DNA of 64,000 nt, taken from contig BCKZ01000006.1 of NCBI GenBank assembly GCA_001600815.1, positions 310,001-374,000 of the forward strand, read 5' to 3'. The notes under the pieces were generated by a model. It was given only the letters and a program-made list of their open reading frames with translations, did not search any database and was not told the DNA's origin. A program made the translations under genes and the position numbers. Below are positions 56,431 to 64,000 of this stretch, piece after piece. Numbering within the stretch: the stretch's first letter is position 1; each line of letters begins with the position of its first letter. This DNA comes from Alloascoidea hylecoeti. Lineage: Eukaryota.

Positions 56431-58150
56431 AAATATATGTCGCTATAGGAAACCTTTTTAAATCTACCATATAATAGAATTGGAGGAAGAAAAGTATGTG
56501 AGACCATTGCGGGTAGAATTATCCATGTCACATATCAGTTGCGTTTACGTAATAAATACTACTATATAAGCTCGTATATAATAGTTATATCCAATTTATT
56601 GACCTTGCTGTACCCTCAGATGATGATTTGCTCATCATCAATTGCAAGAATTGCGTAGCAAATTTTACTTAAAGTTTGTACCTGGTACATGCCATCATGG
56701 TTATAGACTACGTAAAGAGTTTCGAAACTGCTTCTAAAATTGCCAGATTACATTATAAATTTATAATTAGTATATTTAGTGCTTCTAGATTTTCTTTCGC
56801 CCTGTTTTACCTAGGCTCCATGCGTAGGATCCGGATGTGTTAAGGCAACGCTCAAACTCATCCAACAAGATAAATCTAATTATATCACCTTGTTGCTTCT
56901 GATTTCTGACTGAGTAAGTAATATAGATAAAAGCATGCAGTCGCGTTATTAATGTACTGGTAGATAATATTTTATATCAGTTGTTGTTTTTTGAAAACTT
57001 AAAAATAATTTAACCGGTTTTGCAGTTTCCAACTTTTTCCGCGCTTTTTTTTGGTATAAATTTCGGACTCCTAGCTATGTGTAGGCTAGCTAGTATTATG
57101 GTTAACCATTATTTGGATAAGATTGTGGTTTCAACTTTCAATATATCATATAACATAATACATAGTAAAACAAAAAGAATTATTTCACTATACATAGGAG
57201 CGGCTGATCAAACATAAGGTACATGTACGATCGCAAATTTTATTATAATTATTAAAATATTCTCTTAAATAATTAATTATAATTATAAGCTAGTGTAGAA
57301 TATTACTCAATATGATTTCAAATTTTACATACAAAAATTGTTATAACTTAACTACTTTAGTACTAACTAGCGCTATGTTATTATAGCTAGTTGTTCCGAG
57401 CTCGAGAATAGATATATGTAGCTATAGAGTATGTAGTACAATATATTATATGCTTTTGAATAGTTTTAAACTTAATTTGCAATACAGTTATTGCAGTATA
57501 TGTATACGTAAATTATAACTATTATATTATGTTTAAAAAACTTCCCCCGAAATTTGTGTAATGAATTTAAGACCCGCTTGGAATACCGCGGCTGTAAATT
57601 GTCTTGTGACTAAAATCCATAGAATATAATTAGATACAATTGAATTAACAACTTGTAAGTGTAGATTACTGTTTCACCATTTATGTATATACATGTATGA
57701 GTATTGAGCATTGAGTAATGGAAGGACACGGAGACTTTATCGGTTTAATGGAACAGCATAAATTCGTGCATCGTTAATCGTGTACAAATTCGCTACAATT
57801 GGTAGATTCATTTACCCGAACCGTTTCCCCATAATACGTGAACAATCTTTATAGCTAGATCTGAAATCATGAAGTATTAAGATTCCCTTACGTAAAACCC
57901 CGTGGGACTAAATGTTATAAGATAATAATACATTATTATAATATATTACAGTATCTATCCATATATTTTGGATACAGTATGCGCACCAAAATCGATATCC
58001 AGAATATGAAAAAAGGGAAAAAGTCAAAAATAGCATCCATAGTTATAGCTTTATAACACCTATATAACACCCGATGTTAATACAATATTGATAAAAGAAA
58101 AAGAAAGGAAAGTAAAAGAGATCCTATATTTTCGTCGTCAATAACAGAGA

Positions 58151-60079
58151 TCAAAAATCACTTAAACTGTACAATCCCATTTTGCTAACATTTACAATAG
58201 TATTTTTCTTGGAATTTGTTATCGGAATTCCTAAGTATTCCATTTTCATCTCCGAGTTCCTTTGGAATTGACCGAATAATGAGCTCTCCTTATGAAAGAA
58301 AAAGTTTGTATAATTAATATTATTCTGGGATTCTAATCGATGTGAAAGTTGAACCCGTCCTTCGGCATTTGAAATATTACTGATAGAAGCTAAAATATCA
58401 ATCATGCTACTCGTAAAGACCCGTACAGATAAATCGTTGAAAATAATCCATTTCAGATCCAAAGTGTTTTGAATTGGACTAGCACCGAGCCTATATAATT
58501 TAGAATTACCAAAAAGAAGATCAATGAGAAGTAGGTCCTTATTCGTAGTGCTATTCGAATACATCAGAAATCTTTGATTTAGACTGATAGCCATGTGTAT
58601 TGTAGTGTAGAAGTTCGAGTCTTCCATAGCATTGGCGTTCAAATCAACTAAGCCACCCGATATAACCTCTCTCCAAGACACAGATGCATCATTTCCTTCA
58701 AATCTTTTGGCCCGTATCCGCAAAACTTTAAGAATCTCATCCGTTTCTGATCGTTGTTGATAGTATGGTTTCAATTCATCTATGGATAAAGAATATATAC
58801 CATAATATTGTGTTTTTACTTCATTAGATTTGACATAAAATGACCGCCCATCTGTCCAATAATCGTTCATCACAATATCTTTAATATCAACGTATTCCCA
58901 AAAATTCCCAAATGCGAGGTATAAATGAGTATCAGTAGGCATAATCTTCGCCACAAACTCGTAATTATTTCTTAGACAAATAGGTCTATCAACAGCTCCA
59001 ACCACATATCCTTCGTATTTGTGTAACGCAATAATACTCGGACCATGAATCCCTACAATCAATACAAACAAAAGATGCTTATTTGATGTAATTTGCAATA
59101 CCAGTACTTCGCTGAGATTATTATGTGAGTTATTGAATAGCTTTGACTCAAAAACTTGGCGGCTATAAGCATCATATGACCGAATATAAACGTCACCATT
59201 ACGGGAATAATCAGGTAGGTATAATAATCCATCATCGTAATATATTGGTAGCCTATATCCATTCAAATTTTCTCTGGAAGCAACAATTCTAGCAGGCCGA
59301 CTTAACATGAAGAGATTATAATTATTAGGCTTGATTCCCGTTCCGTTTAATCGAACCTGGTGAATAAATTGAGTTACATAATCATTACCATCCGATACAA
59401 TGGCAGTTAACAAACCATTCGAAATGTCGATTTCAAACCTATTCCCATTATCAATAAAATTATATTGTGTTTTTCTCGGTAACAATTTATAAAATCCTTT
59501 AGTAAAGTTGATCTCAATTGCATTATTTGAAGTGGATGATCCTAAAATGGCACAATTCTGATAGTATCCATTCACAATTGTGCACTTATCTCCCTTGCAT
59601 CCAATTGGGATGATATGTTCATTTGCTTCCTTAGGCAAAGCATTCAATATCCAATTTGCCTTCTTATTAAGATAATTGATATCATTGTGCCGTTCTGGTT
59701 TGTAATCAAATATTTCAGAGTTCAAATGGGCATCATGATCATACCATGTTGTTGAAAGCGTTTTAGTTAAATGGTAAAAAAAATTGGCTTGATGATACCA
59801 GTTGACGCCGGGGTTGTTAATCTTACCAGAACTACCTTCTGAATCTTGACTTCCAGCAACTAAGGTTATTGCCGCAGCAAAAGGATCCAGTTCATTTAAT
59901 TTTCTCTTAAATTCATTGTTATATCCAAATTTCAACCATAAATAGAAAAAACGGCATAAGAAGGAGAGGGTCACAAGATCATCGCACTGTAAATGATCTA
60001 GTATTTGATCTAAAATTTCCAAAGGAAGATCGAGTAAATTTGAAAAACTTGTTGATTCCAATAAAGGATTATTGCCCAT
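58151..60079 (-). CDS. Lineage-specific F-box protein
   Basis: LLDLPLEILDQILDHLQCDDLVTLSFLCR F-box; beta-rich C-terminal region resembling 26638-28233. Confidence 0.8.
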   Translation of the reverse strand: MGNNPLLESTSFSNLLDLPLEILDQILDHLQCDDLVTLSFLCRFFYLWLKFGYNNEFKRKLNELDPFAAAITLVAGSQDSEGSSGKINNPGVNWYHQANFFYHLTKTLSTTWYDHDAHLNSEIFDYKPERHNDINYLNKKANWILNALPKEANEHIIPIGCKGDKCTIVNGYYQNCAILGSSTSNNAIEINFTKGFYKLLPRKTQYNFIDNGNRFEIDISNGLLTAIVSDGNDYVTQFIHQVRLNGTGIKPNNYNLFMLSRPARIVASRENLNGYRLPIYYDDGLLYLPDYSRNGDVYIRSYDAYSRQVFESKLFNNSHNNLSEVLVLQITSNKHLLFVLIVGIHGPSIIALHKYEGYVVGAVDRPICLRNNYEFVAKIMPTDTHLYLAFGNFWEYVDIKDIVMNDYWTDGRSFYVKSNEVKTQYYGIYSLSIDELKPYYQQRSETDEILKVLRIRAKRFEGNDASVSWREVISGGLVDLNANAMEDSNFYTTIHMAISLNQRFLMYSNSTTNKDLLLIDLLFGNSKLYRLGASPIQNTLDLKWIIFNDLSVRVFTSSMIDILASISNISNAEGRVQLSHRLESQNNINYTNFFFHKESSLFGQFQRNSEMKMEYLGIPITNSKKNTIVNVSKMGLYSLSDF

Positions 60080-61101
60080 TTAAAGTAACTTCTTTATATA
60101 TGGTTCCGGAGTGTGAAAATAAAGCTTTTTTAGTATTATTTTTACAAAATGTCTGATAAAGAAAAGAAAGATGGAAGAAAGGAGTATTTGCCGCAATCTC
60201 TGTATCACAGATTTTCAACATTGATGCATAATTATATCCAATGATAAGCAAAAATTTATTTCATAGAGATCATTCAATTTCAAGCTTAAGAGAACATTAG
60301 ATATTATATAATAAGCAATATAGTAAATTTTTGTTAGGGCTTGTCATTTATTTGTATGCGCTTGAATGGAGGCTTAACTGTTATTTTTCTCCATCGTTTT
60401 GTGACTTTTCTCTTAAGCTTAACTTAACTTAATTAAGTTTATATCACATGTGATGATTGGTCATTTAAATTTTTGATCACCACCAAATGAGTAGGTCACC
60501 TCCTCGAGAGTGTTTTTCATGCGACTTGATTCGCACTCAGAAAGAAGGATAGGAAAGACGATTTGTTAATCATATTATCATAAACCAAAGGTACTAAATA
60601 CACTAAAGCTTAAGAGATTAGTTGCATACCAACCGCGATCAGAAAGTCGTCTCTGCTGACCGACCCAAAATGCTCGTAAAATTTGGAAAAAAAAGCTACC
60701 AGATTCTCCTCTGTCTCGTCTAAGAAGATGGATGTACCATTTATATCCAATAAATATGGTTGATAAAGTTTAAAAATTATTTTACTGATGTGCTCGCGGT
60801 TTGTAATACAATACGCTCACGCAACTTACCCTACATGTAAGAGCGAAATTCTTACATAACGTTATAACCATGAAGTCTCATTTTAGCCTATCAATCGATA
60901 TCATCACTATAATAATTACTCTATACATTTTAATAGTAGTCTGATCTGATAGGACATCCCACCAATGATTCCATAAAAAGATTTAAAAACGAGTGGGTTT
61001 GATGAATAAAAGAGGATGACTTTAATTCATTTTTGATTAATATTGTTATTTCTCCCGAGATCTAGATTCATCTAAACATTGCATATAACCTTATGCTGTA
61101 G

Positions 61102-61371
61102 TAGGCCGCGCATCGCCGAGCAAGCGAGGCCGAGCAGGAGCCATTGACGAGCAACAAACCGAGCAGATTAAATTTCAGAAATATGAGCATACAAACCGAG
61201 CACGAACAGCTTATGTCATACAAAACAGGGGTAAAAAAAAACAAACTTTTTTTTTGACGAGCAAGAAGACGAGCATTGACAACTCTCCTAACCGGGAAAC
61301 GAGTTGCTCGTCCCCCAAATTTTGTTCTTCACGAACGCTTTCGAGCACAAAAATTTTAGGCGATGCGCCTA
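61102..61371. mobile_element. Non-autonomous hAT-type DNA transposon (MITE), 270 bp
   Basis: TIRs TAGG(CCG)CGCATCGCC / GGCGATGCGCCTA; 8-bp flanking direct repeat TGCTGTAG (61094-61101) / TACTGTAG (61372-61379); 8 forward and 1 reverse CGAGCA internal repeats. Confidence 0.8.
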
Positions 61372-63776
61372 TACTGTAGTATTTTTTTCTCCAGGTTTAC
61401 CCCGGATAAATAATTCAATAATCCTTCGCAAATTTAAGATAATGACCCGTTAAAATGATGAAAATATGTTAAGAATCACATCGTTTGTGGAGTCACCAGC
61501 TGGTGATGATTTGTAAATAATTATACTAATATATGATATACGATTTCAATATTAATGATTAATACCGATATTACCAATTCATCCTTATAAGCCTTGAGTT
61601 CAGGAACTAAATATCTAATATGCATATCAACTTGGTTTGTCAACTATAATGTAGCGCTATTACACTTACAAAAATCGGAAGTTTGATCCCATGACTATCT
61701 TCATTTCTCTGTCATTATTGTAATGTAGATGTCCGGTACAATTATTGTGCCGAGCTCAAACAATATTGCAAAATAGTTTTGAGAAAACGCCACATAATAT
61801 TAGCTATCTAGTACTAGTTACTGGCTTGTAGTTAGTTTATATATAGCTGTAAGGTTATAAGTTATATATTATTAGCTATCATTTTAGTCTTATACATGTA
61901 ATCGTGACTATGATATGGACATTATAATTGATTGAATATTTAAACCAAAAACGTGAATAAACGATTAATATAAAGAAGATCACGATCATTGTTGCAAAAT
62001 ATCTCATTTATATATTAATATATTCGGTAATAAGTATCACATATATGGTATATATCGTTAAAACACATCCACAGTCATACACGGTCCTTTCAAGAATATC
62101 ACCACATTTTTTATCTGTTTATGAAGTTTGTGGCTAATTTATTTTTTCTCATTAATATGCAGATATAACATCAATAGTATTGAAACTTTCTCACGTCTAT
62201 TGTGTCATATTATTTATTTAATTTGATCCCCGATTGCAAATGCTAACTCCGGACCTACATCACAAGTTATAGTAATACGTATAGCTATATGATGAAGTTC
62301 ATACTAGAATGATAGACCAATTTTGAATATATAATAGCTATTGATCAAACTAGCGGAAGCCAATATTTACATCAAATTCACGGAATAGTTTATTATAATT
62401 ATTATCTAGAGGTTTACATGCGTGCACTTTATTCACCCTCTGTGGAAAGTTCAAGTCTCCAACTATATAAAATTGCAAATACCTGTGAAAATATCTACAA
62501 GAACTTGAATTAATAGCTAATTAATGTTAATATAACGTACGTATTATAATAAATGCATCCGGTGTATCTGAATCTGATATCAAATATCTTAATTGTAAAA
62601 TATCGATATCAGGTAATGGGGAATGTACCTGTAGACCATAATTATAGAGCTATAATTGATTATAAGTATAATATAAACTTAACTCAGCTAACGGATATAT
62701 GTTTTATACAGCGTTAGCTATCTTAACAACAAAAAAAATCTAGAGAATAGAGATATATTTAGATCTCTACTTGGTCATGAAATTATAAGCTTAAAAATTT
62801 AGTCTGGGGCAAACATATTGCTATTATATTACGAAACAAGGGTATGTGTAACATCAGTTTATCGGTTAAATTGAAAGCCCAGCGCTAGCGTTAGCTAAGT
62901 GAATATCTTATATTATAAGGTTGAGCGATGCATATGGATGAACGGAGGATCATCATACCAGTCTTATATATATATAAGTATAGCTCTGGTAATTGTATAA
63001 TTTGTATATATCCATTATCTATAATTATAATTATTTCAGAGGCCAATATATGAATTAGAATGTTCTTCACAGTAATTGTGAACATTGTGCAACTTCGGAA
63101 ACTCCATCTGCAAGAAAAAATAAAGTCCACGGGTTCAGAGTCTTCAGACCAATGAAAGGAAAGAGATAACACATTCATTGTGATCGTAAGCTAGGGCAAG
63201 TTAATGGTATATATAAGAGATTGTGGAGAGCTGGGAATAAGCCGGCAAGTGGGGGTGGGGAGCATGAGAACTTCAATCTCCAATCCGAGGCATTTTGTAT
63301 TTTTCAGACGGACTCGGACTCCGAACCCCACGGGGCTGACTCATGGACCAGGCCAAATCTGGAAATATGCGGACTTTACTAACAGAAGATTCCTGGGGTG
63401 TGCGCCGGATAATTTATTATGCACATATGCATGCATATAAGTGGACCCAACGCACTCACGGAAAAACCTCATGATGATAAATAAGAATATGCGGTTATGC
63501 GGGATGTCGGGTAATCGGACGCTCTTTTAAGAAACTCATGCGGGACAATTTTGACTATCTTATATACTCAATTAGCTGATTAAAACATTTATTTCTGAAG
63601 GATATCATTCGAATTCTTTTTTCTTCTTTCTTCGTCTCCCTTCAAGACTTAAAGTTAAAATTATTTCCCATCAAGATTTCATCTTACTACCACCTTGCTA
63701 GTCATCTGTGCTTCATAGACGTCTATAATTCAGATCTAAATCACACATACTTCTTTTTAGCATTTGACAACGGAAA

Positions 63777-64000
63777 ATGGAGGACTCAAAACGTCCTCAA
63801 AACGGGCAGGACTCTGAGCCGACTGAAAAAAAGGAGCAGCCAAGACCTTATAAGTGCACTACATGCTCAAAAGCTTTTCATAGGTTGGAGCATCTACATC
63901 GTCATATTAGAACTCATACTGGCGAGAAGCCCCATCATTGTCAATTTCCTGGTTGTGGGAAAAAATTCTCTAGATCGGATGAATTAACAAGGCACATGCG
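63777..64000 (+). CDS. MIG1: Mig1/CreA C2H2 glucose repressor, 5' part (absent from the ORF track; runs off the window)
   Basis: MEDSKRP...[53 protein letters not shown]. Confidence 0.9.
   Translation, partial: MEDSKRPQNGQDSEPTEKKEQPRPYKCTTCSKAFHRLEHLHRHIRTHTGEKPHHCQFPGCGKKFSRSDELTRHM

Noticed and set aside
49524..60948. 18-bp exact match TAATAGTAGTCTGATCTG at 49524 and 60931
   Set aside because: No flanking similarity; roughly one match of this length is plausible by chance in 64 kb of AT-rich DNA.
62847..63071. TGTAAC...TTCACA segment with a TATA-rich core as a solo LTR
   Set aside because: Flanks GTATG/GTAAT are not a convincing TSD; no second copy seen.

Overview
AT-rich (roughly 30% GC by eye) nuclear DNA of an intron-rich budding yeast (Saccharomycotina-like gene set). 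CTG sits at conserved Leu positions, so the standard code applies. About 26 protein-coding genes: KAP114 3' end, GUS1, BRL1/BRR6-like, a GATA-like factor, RSM7, PCL5/CLG1-type cyclin, an AMP-binding-like protein, a stomatin-like protein, a LAC12-like sugar porter, MIC26/27, two F-box paralogues, GAA1, DOM34, NPL6/RSC7, an Rdx-family protein, RGD2, an IMO32-like hydrolase, RPP0 twice, a Myb-like gene, TEL2, the MIG1/CreA 5' end and several hypotheticals. There are two intron-containing tRNAs (Tyr-GTA, Ser-GCT). Unusual structure: (1) a 1109-bp near-identical inverted duplication of RPP0 enclosing a Myb-like gene; (2) two more inverted-repeat pairs (~190 bp around NPL6+Rdx, 38 bp beside tRNA-Ser); (3) a 270-bp hAT-type MITE; (4) a sharp GC peak centred on the PCL5 promoter; (5) the same TCACGTGATGA motif ~30 nt downstream of both tRNAs; (6) a decayed PDR ABC-transporter gene; (7) a 193-codon frame broken only by TGA. 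All gene calls come from recognising motifs by eye; no database search was run.
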